Sequence record: MK373782.1
Strand: one strand, 5' to 3'
Source: Escherichia phage vB_EcoM_KAW3E185
Length of the DNA stretch: 64,000 nt
The notes under the pieces are model-generated. The model was not told where the DNA came from. It made no database searches and saw nothing but the letters and a program-made list of their open reading frames with translations. Below are positions 1 through 9,924 of this stretch, one piece after another; position 1 is the first letter of the stretch; the number at the start of each line of letters is the position of its first letter. The position numbers and the translations under genes were made by a program.

Positions 1-1434
1 GAAGTATCCCCTGAATATAAAGACGAGAAAATCGCTCAGGCATTTGGTTCTTTCTTGACCGAAGCTGAAATTGGTGGTGACCACGGTTATAATGCTCAGA
101 ACATCGCAGCAGGTCAAACCTCTGGTGCAGTAACCCAAATTGGGCCGGCAGTTATGGGTATGGTTCGTCGTGCTATTCCTAATCTGATCGCTTTTGATAT
201 TTGTGGTGTTCAGCCTATGAACAGCCCGACCGGTCAGGTATTTGCTCTCCGTGCAGTATATGGTAAAGACCCTATCGCTGCTGGCGCTAAAGAAGCTTTC
301 CATCCGATGTATGCTCCAGATGCGATGTTCTCTGGTCAGGGTGCTGCTAAGAAATTCCCAGCTCTGGCTGCTGACACTACTACTGTTGTAGGTGATATCT
401 ATACTCACTTCTTCCAAGAAACTGGTACCGTATATCTGCAAGCTTCTGCTATCGTAACACTTGATTCTAGTGCAACTGATGCAGCTAAATTAGATGCAGA
501 AGTTAAGAAACAAATGGAAGCTGGTGCACTGGTAGAAATCGCTGAAGGTATGGCTACTTCTATCGCTGAACTCCAGGAAGGTTTCAACGGTTCTACCGAT
601 AACCCATGGAATGAAATGGGCTTCCGTATCGATAAACAAGTTATCGAAGCTAAATCTCGCCAGCTGAAAGCTGCTTACTCTATCGAATTAGCACAAGACC
701 TCCGTGCAGTACACGGTATGGATGCTGATGCTGAACTGAGCGGTATTCTGGCTACAGAAATTATGCTAGAAATCAACCGTGAAGTTGTTGATTGGATTAA
801 CTACTCTGCACAGGTTGGTAAATCTGGTATGACCCTGACTCCGGGTTCTAAAGCTGGTGTATTTGACTTCCAGGACCCGATTGATATCCGTGGTGCTCGT
901 TGGGCCGGTGAAAGCTTTAAATCTCTGTTGTTCCAGATTGATAAAGAAGCAGTTGAAATTGCTCGTCAAACCGGTCGTGGTGAAGGTAACTTCATTATCG
1001 CTTCCCGTAACGTAGTTAACGTACTGGCTTCAGTTGATACTGGTATTTCTTACGCTGCACAGGGTCTGGCTTCTGGTTTTAATACCGACACTACTAAGTC
1101 TGTATTTGCCGGTGTACTTGGTGGTAAATACCGCGTATACATCGACCAGTATGCTAAACAGGATTACTTCACCGTTGGTTACAAAGGCGCTAACGAAATG
1201 GATGCAGGTATTTACTATGCTCCTTACGTTGCACTTACCCCACTGCGTGGTTCCGATCCTAAGAACTTCCAGCCGGTAATGGGCTTTAAAACTCGTTACG
1301 GTATCGGTGTTAACCCGTTTGCTGAAAGTTCCCTGCAGGCTCCAGGCGCTCGCATCCAGTCCGGTATGCCGTCTATCCTGAACAGCCTTGGTAAGAACGC
1401 TTACTTTAGACGCGTCTACGTTAAAGGAATTTAA
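1..1434 (+). CDS. 23: Major capsid protein gp23 (5'-truncated by window edge)
   Basis: Frame is open from nt 1; translation near-identical to T4 gp23 C-terminal region (…AFGSFLTEAEIGGDHGYNA…RRVYVKGI); followed by terminator hairpin. Confidence 0.95.
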   Translation, partial: EVSPEYKDEKIAQAFGSFLTEAEIGGDHGYNAQNIAAGQTSGAVTQIGPAVMGMVRRAIPNLIAFDICGVQPMNSPTGQVFALRAVYGKDPIAAGAKEAFHPMYAPDAMFSGQGAAKKFPALAADTTTVVGDIYTHFFQETGTVYLQASAIVTLDSSATDAAKLDAEVKKQMEAGALVEIAEGMATSIAELQEGFNGSTDNPWNEMGFRIDKQVIEAKSRQLKAAYSIELAQDLRAVHGMDADAELSGILATEIMLEINREVVDWINYSAQVGKSGMTLTPGSKAGVFDFQDPIDIRGARWAGESFKSLLFQIDKEAVEIARQTGRGEGNFIIASRNVVNVLASVDTGISYAAQGLASGFNTDTTKSVFAGVLGGKYRVYIDQYAKQDYFTVGYKGANEMDAGIYYAPYVALTPLRGSDPKNFQPVMGFKTRYGIGVNPFAESSLQAPGARIQSGMPSILNSLGKNAYFRRVYVKGI

Positions 1435-1464
1435 TGCTTTAACGTTAAAAATACATAACCTTAT

Positions 1465-1493
1465 GGGAGACTCCGGTCTCCCATTCTTGTTTC
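1465..1493 (+). terminator. Rho-independent terminator after gene 23
   Basis: Stem gggagac / gtctccc with loop tccg, followed by attcttgtttc. Confidence 0.6.
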
Positions 1494-2152
1494 TATAGCT
1501 TAAAACAATCATCGCGTTCATTAATCCAATTTCTTATAGTTTTTGCGGATACGTTAAAGAATTCGGCAGCGTAATCGTAGTGGTTAAATTCATGACCTTT
1601 AATAGAAATATCCACAAATACAAATTTCTTACCTTTATTAGAATTCTTTCTAATTTTTGCTTTATGCTCTTCTGATAGTTTTCTACCTTTAAGATGAGAA
1701 TCTCTATTTTTATAAAACTTTTTATTTGCTATAGATTTGTTTTCTCGATGTTCTTTAGATTCTTTAGAACCTAATTTCTTTTTAGATATTTTGGCCCGAA
1801 CTTCTTCAGTCATACCAGCTTTTGTCTTTTCGGATAACATCTCACGATACCCAGGTTCCTGTAAAGCTACTATAACAGGATTACCCTTGCCGCCTAAGGC
1901 TGCATTATAAGTATCTGTTCTCATGACAAAAGCCTCGTCAACTAGTTCGGCTTCCTTAGCATACATCTCTTCAGATGTTTCGAAATTGAAAAGGATTTCC
2001 TTTTTAAAATTCTCTAAGCCGTATTTCTTTATGGATTTTACTATGTTAACCCCGGAACCCATATAAGAATCGTTAACATCTGTAGTGGCATGGGCTCCAA
2101 CATAAATCTTGTTATTAATGAGATTGGTTATTTTGTAAATTAAATAATTCAT
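1493..2152 (-). CDS. segD: GIY-YIG homing endonuclease (SegD-like, between genes 23 and 24)
   Basis: N-terminal GIY-YIG module (IYKITN…KIYVGAH…YMGSG), same position as segD in T4. Confidence 0.75.
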   Translation of the reverse strand: MNYLIYKITNLINNKIYVGAHATTDVNDSYMGSGVNIVKSIKKYGLENFKKEILFNFETSEEMYAKEAELVDEAFVMRTDTYNAALGGKGNPVIVALQEPGYREMLSEKTKAGMTEEVRAKISKKKLGSKESKEHRENKSIANKKFYKNRDSHLKGRKLSEEHKAKIRKNSNKGKKFVFVDISIKGHEFNHYDYAAEFFNVSAKTIRNWINERDDCFKL

Positions 2153-2155
2153 ATT

Positions 2156-2422
2156 TTACGCTGCTTTGACACGACGGTTGATGATATCACGGAAGTCAAT
2201 ACGATTTTCTTGGATTTTCAGCCAGTTACCAGATTTGTCTTTGGTATGGGTAGAATATTCACCGTTCCACCAGAAGTCAGTTTCATAAGCCAGGGCTTCG
2301 TATTTCTTAACCAATGCATTAACTGCATTACCGTTAGGATTGGTGCCAAATTTTTCTACCAGAGCTTTGATGTCTTTGTCAAGGTTAGAAAGTGTGGTAC
2401 GGATAAAGTTTAATTTGTTCAT
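2156..2422 (-). CDS. Hypothetical protein (88 aa from ATG preceded by GAGGAG)
   Basis: ORF with strong SD (gaggag) 8 nt upstream of MNKLNF start; the longer 93-aa form lacks an RBS; early promoter immediately upstream. Confidence 0.5.
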   Translation of the reverse strand: MNKLNFIRTTLSNLDKDIKALVEKFGTNPNGNAVNALVKKYEALAYETDFWWNGEYSTHTKDKSGNWLKIQENRIDFRDIINRRVKAA

Positions 2423-2451
2423 TTTTAATCTCCTCATGTTTTGATAGGTCT

Positions 2452-2481
2452 ATATTAACACGACGCTTTTTGCGTGTAAAC
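2452..2481 (-). promoter_or_regulatory. T4-type early promoter (−35 GTTTAC, −10 TAATAT)
   Basis: Reverse complement reads GTTTAC-18 nt-TAATAT; matches T4 early promoter consensus. Confidence 0.55.
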
Positions 2482-2487
2482 CACTTT

Positions 2488-2495
2488 TATAAATA
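2488..2495 (+). promoter_or_regulatory. T4 late promoter TATAAATA for gene 24
   Basis: Exact TATAAATA about 30 nt upstream of gene 24 ATG. Confidence 0.7.
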
Positions 2496-2525
2496 AAATT
2501 ATATTCTCAATAAGGAAAAAATGCA

Positions 2526-3809
2526 ATGAGTAAAATCCAAAAATTATTGCGTGAATCTACAACGTCTACTAGCAACTCAATTGGTCGCCCAAATCTCGTT
2601 GCTTTGACTCGCGCTACGACTAAATTAATATATTCTGACATTGTAGCAACACAAAGAACTAATCAACCTGTTGCTGCTTTTTATGGTATCAAATATCTTA
2701 ACCCAGATAACGAATTCACATTTAAAACTGGTGCTACTTATGCTGGCGAAGTTGGATATGTAGACCGAGAAAAAATTACTGAACTCACAGAAGAATCAAA
2801 AGTCACACTAAATAAAGGCGATTTTTTCAAATATAATAATATCGTCTATAAAGTGTTAGAAGATACACCATTTGCAGATATTCAAGAAAGTGATCTAGAA
2901 TTAGCTCTTCAGATTGCAGTCGTTCATTTAAAGGTACGGTTATTTTCAGATGCAGCGGTAACAAGCAAATTTGAAAGCTCTGATAGCGAAATTTCTGATG
3001 CAAGATTCCAGATTAATAAATGGCAAACTTCAGTCAAATCTCGTAAACTTAAAACTGGCCTCACGGTTGAATTAGCGCAAGATTTGGAAGCGAATGGATT
3101 TGATGCCCCTAACTTCTTAGAAGATTTGCTTGCTACTGAAATGGCTGATGAAATTAATAAAGATATTCTTCAGTCTTTAATTACTGTATCGAAACGTTAT
3201 AAAGTTACTGGAATTACTGACACCGGATTTATTGACTTGAGCTATGCATCCGCTCCAGAAGCAGGTCGTTCATTATATCGAATGGTGTGTGAAATGGTAT
3301 CACACATTCAAAAAGAGACAACTTATACTGCAACGTTTTGTGTAGCCTCAGCTCGTGCAGCTGCTATTCTTGCTGCTTCTGGTTGGTTAAAACATAAGCC
3401 AGAAGATGACAAGTATCTTTCACAAAATGCTTATGGATTCTTGGCAAATGGATTACCTCTTTACTGCGATACCAACAGTCCGTTAGATTATGTTATTGTG
3501 GGTGTTGTAGAAAATATCGGCGAAAAAGAAATTGTAGGGTCCATCTTTTATGCTCCATACACTGAAGGAGTAGATTTAGATGACCCGGAACATGTCGGTG
3601 CTTTTAAAGTTGTAGTTGATCCAGAAAGCTTGCAACCGTCTATCGGATTATTGGTTAGATATGCTTTATCAGCAAATCCTTACACAGTAGCAAAAGACGA
3701 AAAAGAAGCGAGAATAATTGATGGCGGGGACATGGATAAAATGGCAGGACGTTCAGACTTGTCTGTTTTATTAGGTGTTAAGCTACCAAAAATTATCATT
3801 GATGAATAA
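2526..3809 (+). CDS. 24: Capsid vertex protein gp24
   Basis: 427 aa, near-identical to T4 gp24 (MSKIQKLLRESTT…KIIIDE). Confidence 0.95.
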   Translation: MSKIQKLLRESTTSTSNSIGRPNLVALTRATTKLIYSDIVATQRTNQPVAAFYGIKYLNPDNEFTFKTGATYAGEVGYVDREKITELTEESKVTLNKGDFFKYNNIVYKVLEDTPFADIQESDLELALQIAVVHLKVRLFSDAAVTSKFESSDSEISDARFQINKWQTSVKSRKLKTGLTVELAQDLEANGFDAPNFLEDLLATEMADEINKDILQSLITVSKRYKVTGITDTGFIDLSYASAPEAGRSLYRMVCEMVSHIQKETTYTATFCVASARAAAILAASGWLKHKPEDDKYLSQNAYGFLANGLPLYCDTNSPLDYVIVGVVENIGEKEIVGSIFYAPYTEGVDLDDPEHVGAFKVVVDPESLQPSIGLLVRYALSANPYTVAKDEKEARIIDGGDMDKMAGRSDLSVLLGVKLPKIIIDE

Positions 3810-3811
3810 AA

Positions 3812-3838
3812 CAAAGGGACCGTAAGGTCCCTTTTTCA
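3812..3838. terminator. Bidirectional terminator hairpin between gene 24 and rnlB
   Basis: Stem aagggacc / ggtccctt with loop gtaa, flanked by T-runs on both strands. Confidence 0.6.
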
Positions 3839-4837
3839 TTATGATACTAATTCAATCCATGCAGGACGCAGAACATCTTGCACCATTCGGACTAATTCTT
3901 TCTTAACAAGATTCGGATTATCAGATGATGTTAATACAATACCTTCGCGAGAAGTTTCTTCCAGAATATCTTGAACAGTCAATCCCATCACTTTACCAAA
4001 ATCTTTTGGCGTTACAGCACCAATCTTAGAAATAACATTATTAACACGATTTAATGTAACATAACAAGCTAGAACATCAAGCAAGTTTTTGTCAATTTCG
4101 GTTAATGGAACCTGAGTTTTAATAGGCTTATCAGACTTTTTCTTTTCACTGAATTTAGAGTTCTTGCACTTAATAGCTACACGAGTACCGTTTGGCAGCC
4201 ATTTAGGGAAACAAGGCTTCAGAACATAACCTTCTGCCGTATTATCACCAATAACATTAGCATCAAATACACAATTATTTGCTTCGACAAGGTCTTCTGA
4301 CGCAGTAGCATTATAAGCGGCTAAGACGGAATCAAGGTCATTTGGAATCATGATAAGAGAATCAAATGTTCCACGACCAAGCATTGGTGCCATTTTAAAA
4401 CCGAATTCATTACAGAAATCTTGCATTTCGTAATCGGTCAAATACGTATTATCACCACTTTCTGTATTGATAAGGATATCGAACACATAAAAATCTTTTT
4501 CACCGTAGTCAACACCTTTCTGGATTCCACCACCAGCGAATTCACCGAATACTTGATATGATACGGCTCGAGCTGTGTACATGAATTCCTGAGCGGCTTT
4601 AATAGCTTTATCATACTTCTTGAGTACGATTTCATAACCATAAAAATCTTCTGCTGGAAGAATAGGGCCTGTGCGCTTGGCGCATGTGACGTTGTCACGT
4701 TCAATTATTAACGAGAAGTTAGTCCCATGGATTTTCTCACGTGCTACCCAAACACCAGTAGTCAAACCATTAGTGTAGAGTTTTTCAATAAACTTAGAGT
4801 TGTAGTGGTTTTCAAGACTGCTGTATTTCTTAAACAT
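3839..4837 (-). CDS. rnlB: RNA ligase 2 (RnlB, gp24.1)
   Basis: 332 aa; strong match to T4 Rnl2 ([21 protein letters not shown]…[13 protein letters not shown], ligase motif KxHGxN). Confidence 0.9.
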   Translation of the reverse strand: MFKKYSSLENHYNSKFIEKLYTNGLTTGVWVAREKIHGTNFSLIIERDNVTCAKRTGPILPAEDFYGYEIVLKKYDKAIKAAQEFMYTARAVSYQVFGEFAGGGIQKGVDYGEKDFYVFDILINTESGDNTYLTDYEMQDFCNEFGFKMAPMLGRGTFDSLIMIPNDLDSVLAAYNATASEDLVEANNCVFDANVIGDNTAEGYVLKPCFPKWLPNGTRVAIKCKNSKFSEKKKSDKPIKTQVPLTEIDKNLLDVLACYVTLNRVNNVISKIGAVTPKDFGKVMGLTVQDILEETSREGIVLTSSDNPNLVKKELVRMVQDVLRPAWIELVS

Positions 4838-4956
4838 AAATCACCATTATAAATAATAATATCAAAATAATTAGCAGAGACTCTGTCTCTGACCGGATGT
4901 TTAATTTGAATAGATAGAACCTAGATTCATTATACCATCAAAAATTGTAAAGCATA

Positions 4957-5208
4957 TTAGAACTTGATTTCTATCCAATGACCATCACGCTGGTCGTGAT
5001 TAATTTTGTACTGAAAGCCGTTATCACGAAGCCATTGACCGACTTGTTCAGTTATAGTTAAATCGTTCTTTGACGGGTAGTACGTGAATTGTGTCTGGCC
5101 TTTGTCAGCGGCTTTCTCTGCCATCACAGAGAAGTTAGTAATAAAATCACTCAACAAATTAGCTTTAGTGGCCAGTGCCCTTTCTCTTAATTCCTGTGCA
5201 AAACTCAT
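4957..5208 (-). CDS. Hypothetical protein (24.2-like)
   Basis: 83-aa ORF in conserved position, overlaps next ORF by 4 nt. Confidence 0.5.
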   Translation of the reverse strand: MSFAQELRERALATKANLLSDFITNFSVMAEKAADKGQTQFTYYPSKNDLTITEQVGQWLRDNGFQYKINHDQRDGHWIEIKF

Positions 5209-5405
5209 TTCTTCACCTTTTTGTTAATCAAACGTTTACGGTATACAACTTTTTCTTTTGCTTTAAACTTTGACCGAGCTGTCTCGGCTTTAGTCCATAG
5301 TAATCCAACTTCTTTAGGTTGTAAACCAATTTTTTGAGCAATTTCTACGAATGAAAATCCCGCCTCATGTAATGTATAAACTTCAACTTCAGCTCTCATA
5401 ATCAA
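5205..5405 (-). CDS. Hypothetical small HTH-like protein (24.3-like)
   Basis: 66-aa ORF; C-terminal basic tail and helix-turn-helix-like segment (FSFVEIAQKIGLQPKEV). Confidence 0.45.
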   Translation of the reverse strand: MIMRAEVEVYTLHEAGFSFVEIAQKIGLQPKEVGLLWTKAETARSKFKAKEKVVYRKRLINKKVKK

Positions 5406-5478
5406 TCCCGTATTATTTGGTTTGTGCCATTATATACATCAATCTCAAGTTGTGTTTTGTATGCTTTAAAAACGAAGA

Positions 5479-5496
5479 AAGGGGCCGAAGCCCCTT
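5479..5496 (-). terminator. Terminator hairpin downstream of hoc
   Basis: aaggggc-cgaa-gcccctt; on the minus transcript it is a CUUCGG-type tetraloop followed by a U-rich tract. Confidence 0.6.
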
Positions 5497-5500
5497 ACGA

Positions 5501-6631
5501 TTATGGATATGTATAGATGATACCAGTTTCCAAAGCAGTTTTATGGATGATGTATCCATTACGTGATTCTTGAACATCAACTTCCGGATAGTCTTTCATC
5601 ATCTTCTGAAGAGTGTAACGATGCAGGTAGTATTTACTATCTGGATCTTCAGTTTTCCAATCTTTACCTTCTTCAGTCATTTTTTGGATTTCATCCATAA
5701 CCCACCATCCGCACCAGATGTAAGCTGAAGTACGATGTGGAAGAGGATGAACATAAGGTAGTTCACCTTCTGGTTCTGGAGCAACTTTATCGGTTACCTG
5801 AACTTGACCTTCTGCTGTAATAGTTTTGCTATCGTAATCAGTTGCAGTAATAGTTGCAGTAACTTCAATAGTTTGACTTCCAATAGATGAGGTATCAACG
5901 GTATATACATTAGTTGACCCTTCTACAGGAGAAGAATCTTTCTTCCATGAATACGCAATTTGCGCTTCTTCTGGAGCATCCGTAACATTAGCCGTAAATA
6001 TAGCTGAAGCATCTTGCTGAACGTTAATAGAAGGAGGAGTCAATGTAACCTGTGGATTCATTGTCTTCTTATTAACCGTTAATGATACTTCATTCGAAGT
6101 AACGCTTAGTGCATCATAATCTGTCGCTGTTACTTGAGCTACACACTTGATTTTTTTAACTCCGCTTGTAGTTGGAGTATAGCTAAATGTAGAGTTAGTT
6201 TCTCCACCAACCTGTGAATCATCTACATACCACTGATACGTAGCAGACGCTCCAGCTGGTTGAGAAGCTAAGGCAGCAGTAAATTGAACTGGGGTTCCAA
6301 TTACTCCAGCTGAAGGACTATTGGGAGTTACTGCCAACGTAGTTGACTGAGTTTTATTTTTAACCGTGATAGTCGTAGTAATTTCTGCTGTTTCAGCATC
6401 AGTATCAGGAATAGTATTTGTTGCAACAACTTTAATTGTTTTTGTTCCAGCAGGTCCTTTTAACACGTAATCAAAAGTTTCTGCCGATCCTACTTGAGGA
6501 GCATCGTCTACACTCCATGCATAGGTAATAGTTCCACCTTCAGTTTGACCACTGGGTGCAGCAGTAAACTGCTTAGTCTCATCTATAACTCCAGTAGGTG
6601 TTTTAGGAGTTATATCAACTGTAAAAGCCAT
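5501..6631 (-). CDS. hoc: Highly immunogenic outer capsid protein Hoc
   Basis: 376 aa, Ig-like repeat architecture, position between 24.x and inh as in T4. Confidence 0.85.
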   Translation of the reverse strand: MAFTVDITPKTPTGVIDETKQFTAAPSGQTEGGTITYAWSVDDAPQVGSAETFDYVLKGPAGTKTIKVVATNTIPDTDAETAEITTTITVKNKTQSTTLAVTPNSPSAGVIGTPVQFTAALASQPAGASATYQWYVDDSQVGGETNSTFSYTPTTSGVKKIKCVAQVTATDYDALSVTSNEVSLTVNKKTMNPQVTLTPPSINVQQDASAIFTANVTDAPEEAQIAYSWKKDSSPVEGSTNVYTVDTSSIGSQTIEVTATITATDYDSKTITAEGQVQVTDKVAPEPEGELPYVHPLPHRTSAYIWCGWWVMDEIQKMTEEGKDWKTEDPDSKYYLHRYTLQKMMKDYPEVDVQESRNGYIIHKTALETGIIYTYP

Positions 6632-6640
6632 AAGCTATCC

Positions 6641-7309
6641 TTATTTTAATGTTACGAAAGAAGAATTACGAGTTTCACGAATTAGAACTGATCCATCGCG
6701 ATTAATATAATAAATTAAGCTAAATAATGTTTGGTGAGCAGAAGCATGCACAAAACTAGTTGGGCGAGATTTCCAATCTGGGGTTTCGGCTATCCATTGA
6801 TAAATCCACCAAGGAACAGTAACATATCCTGGGGCTTTGCCTAATTTAATTAGTGTAGGACTAAAATTTTCAGGCAGAACAAATTTTACTTCTTTATTTA
6901 CCTCTGTCTCAGGCTCTTTTTCAGATTCAACAACCTGAGTAATTGCTTCTTCGAATTTATCATGGTCGAATTCTTTTTCTTGTTCGACAACTTCTAATAC
7001 TTCAACTTGTTCTGTTGGAGAATCAAACAACAGAATAGCTTCTTCTTTAACTTCTTCGTTGGTGAAATTAACACCGTCCACATCATCTGCGGCAGTAATT
7101 AAATCGGTGATAGATAATCCATCGGTTTCAGGTAATGGTTCATCAGCCAGTGCGTTAAGAGCTTCTTCGATATCAATAACAATATTATCGAATGATTTTG
7201 TTTTCTTAACACTAATGCCAAATTGTTTCGCATATTCGAACAGTTTAGCTTTGGCTTCCTTTTTATCAGAAAGAGCACGTAACTCTTCAATATAGTCTTT
7301 ATCGATCAT
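6641..7309 (-). CDS. inh: Inh, inhibitor of prohead protease
   Basis: 222 aa acidic protein in T4 inh position. Confidence 0.75.
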   Translation of the reverse strand: MIDKDYIEELRALSDKKEAKAKLFEYAKQFGISVKKTKSFDNIVIDIEEALNALADEPLPETDGLSITDLITAADDVDGVNFTNEEVKEEAILLFDSPTEQVEVLEVVEQEKEFDHDKFEEAITQVVESEKEPETEVNKEVKFVLPENFSPTLIKLGKAPGYVTVPWWIYQWIAETPDWKSRPTSFVHASAHQTLFSLIYYINRDGSVLIRETRNSSFVTLK

Positions 7310-7322
7310 GGTATTTCCTCAT

Positions 7323-7330
7323 TATAAATA
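7323..7330 (+). promoter_or_regulatory. Late promoter TATAAATA upstream of segE
   Basis: Exact TATAAATA 17-29 nt upstream of the candidate segE ATGs. Confidence 0.5.
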
Positions 7331-7358
7331 TAACTATATTTATTACATGGAAAAGAGT

Positions 7359-8090
7359 ATGTATCACTTTGTTTATGAAACCGTAAATTTAATCAATGGT
7401 AAAAAGTACATTGGCAAACATTCTACAGAAAATTTAAATGATTCGTATCTAGGGTCAGGTGTTGCCTTAAATCGCGCTATCAAAAAATACGGAGAAGAAT
7501 CATTTAAACGTTCAATAATTAAACAATTTGAAACTTCCGCTGAAGCTTTAGAATACGAAGCTCAGTTAGTAACAGATGATTTGGTCAAATCTAACGAGTA
7601 TTATAATATGCGCCAAGGCGGTGAAGGTGGAAGGTATAAGTACACCGAAGCTGATAAGACTAAAATGTCTAATAGTGCTAAAGAACGAATAAAGAGGCTT
7701 GGTCATAATCTTTTAGGAAAACACAGATCGGAAGAAACAAAAAGAAAACTATCTGAAACAAATAAACGTCGATACTCTGAAGACCCAACATGCCACGGGC
7801 GGTATGGTACAGGAAAGCCAAAGATTGATAAAATTAAAGGTCCTAAAAATCCTACAACTCTAAATAAAATTTGTGTTAACAACGGTAAAGAAAACAGATT
7901 TATATCAGCCGAGGACCCGATGCCTGAAGGATTTGTAAAAGGAATGGTCCAACTTAATAGAAAATCTAGAAAGGGCTGTGAAGTAAAACCTACGACCACC
8001 GGCAGAATATGGGTGAATAACGGGGCTATAAATAAATTAGTAAATCCGTTATCCATCCCAGATGGATATGTTAAAGGCCGTTTAAGGTAA
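7359..8090 (+). CDS. segE: GIY-YIG homing endonuclease SegE
   Basis: GIY-YIG module (MYHFVYETVNLINGKKYIGK…YLGSG); start chosen at ATG 7359 (alternatives at 7347 and 7308 in the same frame). Confidence 0.8.
   Translation: MYHFVYETVNLINGKKYIGKHSTENLNDSYLGSGVALNRAIKKYGEESFKRSIIKQFETSAEALEYEAQLVTDDLVKSNEYYNMRQGGEGGRYKYTEADKTKMSNSAKERIKRLGHNLLGKHRSEETKRKLSETNKRRYSEDPTCHGRYGTGKPKIDKIKGPKNPTTLNKICVNNGKENRFISAEDPMPEGFVKGMVQLNRKSRKGCEVKPTTTGRIWVNNGAINKLVNPLSIPDGYVKGRLR
8027..8034 (+). promoter_or_regulatory. Late promoter TATAAATA for uvsW, embedded in the segE 3' end
   Basis: Exact TATAAATA about 62 nt upstream of uvsW start. Confidence 0.5.
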
Positions 8091-8095
8091 TTATT

Positions 8096-9610
8096 ATGAC
8101 AGATATTAAAGTACATTTTCACGATTTTAGCCATGTAAGAATTGAATGCGACGAAAGCGTGTTCTATGAATTACGCGACTTTTTTAGCTTTGAAGCCGAT
8201 GGGTACAAATTCAACCCGCGTTACAAATATGGGAACTGGGATGGTAGAATTAGACTTTTAGATTACAATCGTTTGTTACCATATGGACTTGTAGGTCAAA
8301 TAAAAAAGTTCTGTAACAATATGAGTTATTCTGTATGGATTGACCCTAAAATCTTTGAGACTGAAGACCTTACCAGGGAAGATTTTGACGCATGGCTTTC
8401 TAAACAAGAAATTTATTCAGGCAACTCCAAAATCGAACCACATTGGTATCAAAAAGATGCAGTATATGAAGGACTAGTTAATCGTCGTCGAATTTTAAAC
8501 CTTCCGACATCAGCAGGTAAATCACTAATCCAAGCACTTTTAGCTCGATATTATCTAGAGAACTATGAAGGTAAAATTCTCATTATCGTCCCTACAACAG
8601 CATTGACAACTCAGATGGCTAATGATTTTGTTGATTATCGCTTGTTTAGTCATTCGATGATTAAGAAAATTGGCGGTGGTGCTGATAAAGCAGACAAATC
8701 TAAAAACGACGCTCCAATTATTGTTGGCACATGGCAAACGGTAGTTAAGCAGCCTAAAGAATGGTTCTCTCAGTTCGGTATGATGATGAACGATGAATGC
8801 CACTTAGCAACAGGCAAAAGTATTTCTTCAATCATCTCAGGATTAAATAATTGCATGTTTAAATTCGGTTTATCCGGCTCATTAAGAGACGGAAAAGCCA
8901 ATGTAATGCAGTATGTAGGCATGTTCGGCGAAATCTTCCGTCCTGTTAGCACGTCTAAATTAATGGAAGACGGACAGGTAACTGAGCTTAAGATTAATAG
9001 TATTTTCCTTCGTTATCCAGACGAATTCGCCACCAAATTAAAAGGTAAAACATATCAAGAAGAAGTTAAAATTATTACCGGACTAAAACGTCGTACAAAG
9101 TGGATTGCTCAACTTTCAGTAAAATTGGCTAAGAAAGACGAGAACGCCTTTGTAATGTTTAAACACGTTACACACGGTAAAGAAATATTTGAAGCTATTA
9201 AAGAGCTTGGATACGAAAAAGTTTATTACGTATCAGGTGAAGTTGATACTGAAACACGTAACGCGCTTAAAGTCATGGCAGAAAATGGTAAAGGCATTAT
9301 TATTGTTGCATCATATGGAGTATTCTCTACTGGTATTTCAGTCAAGAATCTTCATCATGTTATTTTTGCCCATGGTGTTAAATCAAAAATTATCGTACTT
9401 CAAACCGTAGGTCGTGTGCTTCGTAAGCACGGTTCTAAAGCTGTTGCTACAGTTTGGGATCTCATAGATGACGCAGGTGTAAAACCTAAATCATTAAATA
9501 CTAAAAAGAAGTATACTCATCTTAATTACTTGTTAAAACACGGTATTGATCGTATCCAACGTTACGCTGATGAGAAATTTAACTATGTAATGAAAACAAT
9601 TAATTTATAA
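8096..9610 (+). CDS. uvsW: UvsW recombination/repair helicase (SF2)
   Basis: 504 aa, helicase motifs (PTSAGKS Walker A, DECH box), T4 position. Confidence 0.95.
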   Translation: MTDIKVHFHDFSHVRIECDESVFYELRDFFSFEADGYKFNPRYKYGNWDGRIRLLDYNRLLPYGLVGQIKKFCNNMSYSVWIDPKIFETEDLTREDFDAWLSKQEIYSGNSKIEPHWYQKDAVYEGLVNRRRILNLPTSAGKSLIQALLARYYLENYEGKILIIVPTTALTTQMANDFVDYRLFSHSMIKKIGGGADKADKSKNDAPIIVGTWQTVVKQPKEWFSQFGMMMNDECHLATGKSISSIISGLNNCMFKFGLSGSLRDGKANVMQYVGMFGEIFRPVSTSKLMEDGQVTELKINSIFLRYPDEFATKLKGKTYQEEVKIITGLKRRTKWIAQLSVKLAKKDENAFVMFKHVTHGKEIFEAIKELGYEKVYYVSGEVDTETRNALKVMAENGKGIIIVASYGVFSTGISVKNLHHVIFAHGVKSKIIVLQTVGRVLRKHGSKAVATVWDLIDDAGVKPKSLNTKKKYTHLNYLLKHGIDRIQRYADEKFNYVMKTINL

Positions 9611-9635
9611 GGGCTTCGGCCCTTAGGAGATAAAA

Positions 9636-9866
9636 ATGGTACTTGAATTTAAACAATTTTTATACGAAGCATCTATTGACGAATTCATGGGTAAAATTGC
9701 TAGTTGTCATACCTTAGAAGGGCTTGAAGAATTGGAAGCTTATTATAAGAAACGTATAAAAGAAACGGAATTAAAAGATACAGATGATATTTCTGTCAGG
9801 GATGCCTTAGCAGGTAAGCGTGCCGAACTTGAAGGCGATGATGAGGATGTGGAAGAAGACTTCTAA
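9636..9866 (+). CDS. uvsW.1: UvsW.1 small acidic protein
   Basis: 76 aa immediately downstream of uvsW, SD aggag 6 nt upstream. Confidence 0.8.
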   Translation: MVLEFKQFLYEASIDEFMGKIASCHTLEGLEELEAYYKKRIKETELKDTDDISVRDALAGKRAELEGDDEDVEEDF

Positions 9867-9868
9867 TT

Positions 9869-9903
9869 AAAAAAAGGCCCGACCTTTTTGGAAGGGCCAA
9901 AAA
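9869..9903 (-). terminator. Terminator at the end of the uvsY operon
   Basis: On minus strand: ggccc…gggcc stem followed by TTTTTTT. Confidence 0.45.
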
Positions 9904-9924
9904 CCATAGGCAAAAAAGGTAACA

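Noticed and set aside
1030-1521. 163-aa minus-strand ORF antisense to gene 23 (and other antisense ORFs at 405-587, 766-969, 1034-1279)
   Set aside because: Lies entirely within the highly conserved major capsid coding sequence, which has strong codon bias; antisense frames in highly expressed genes are typical artefacts.
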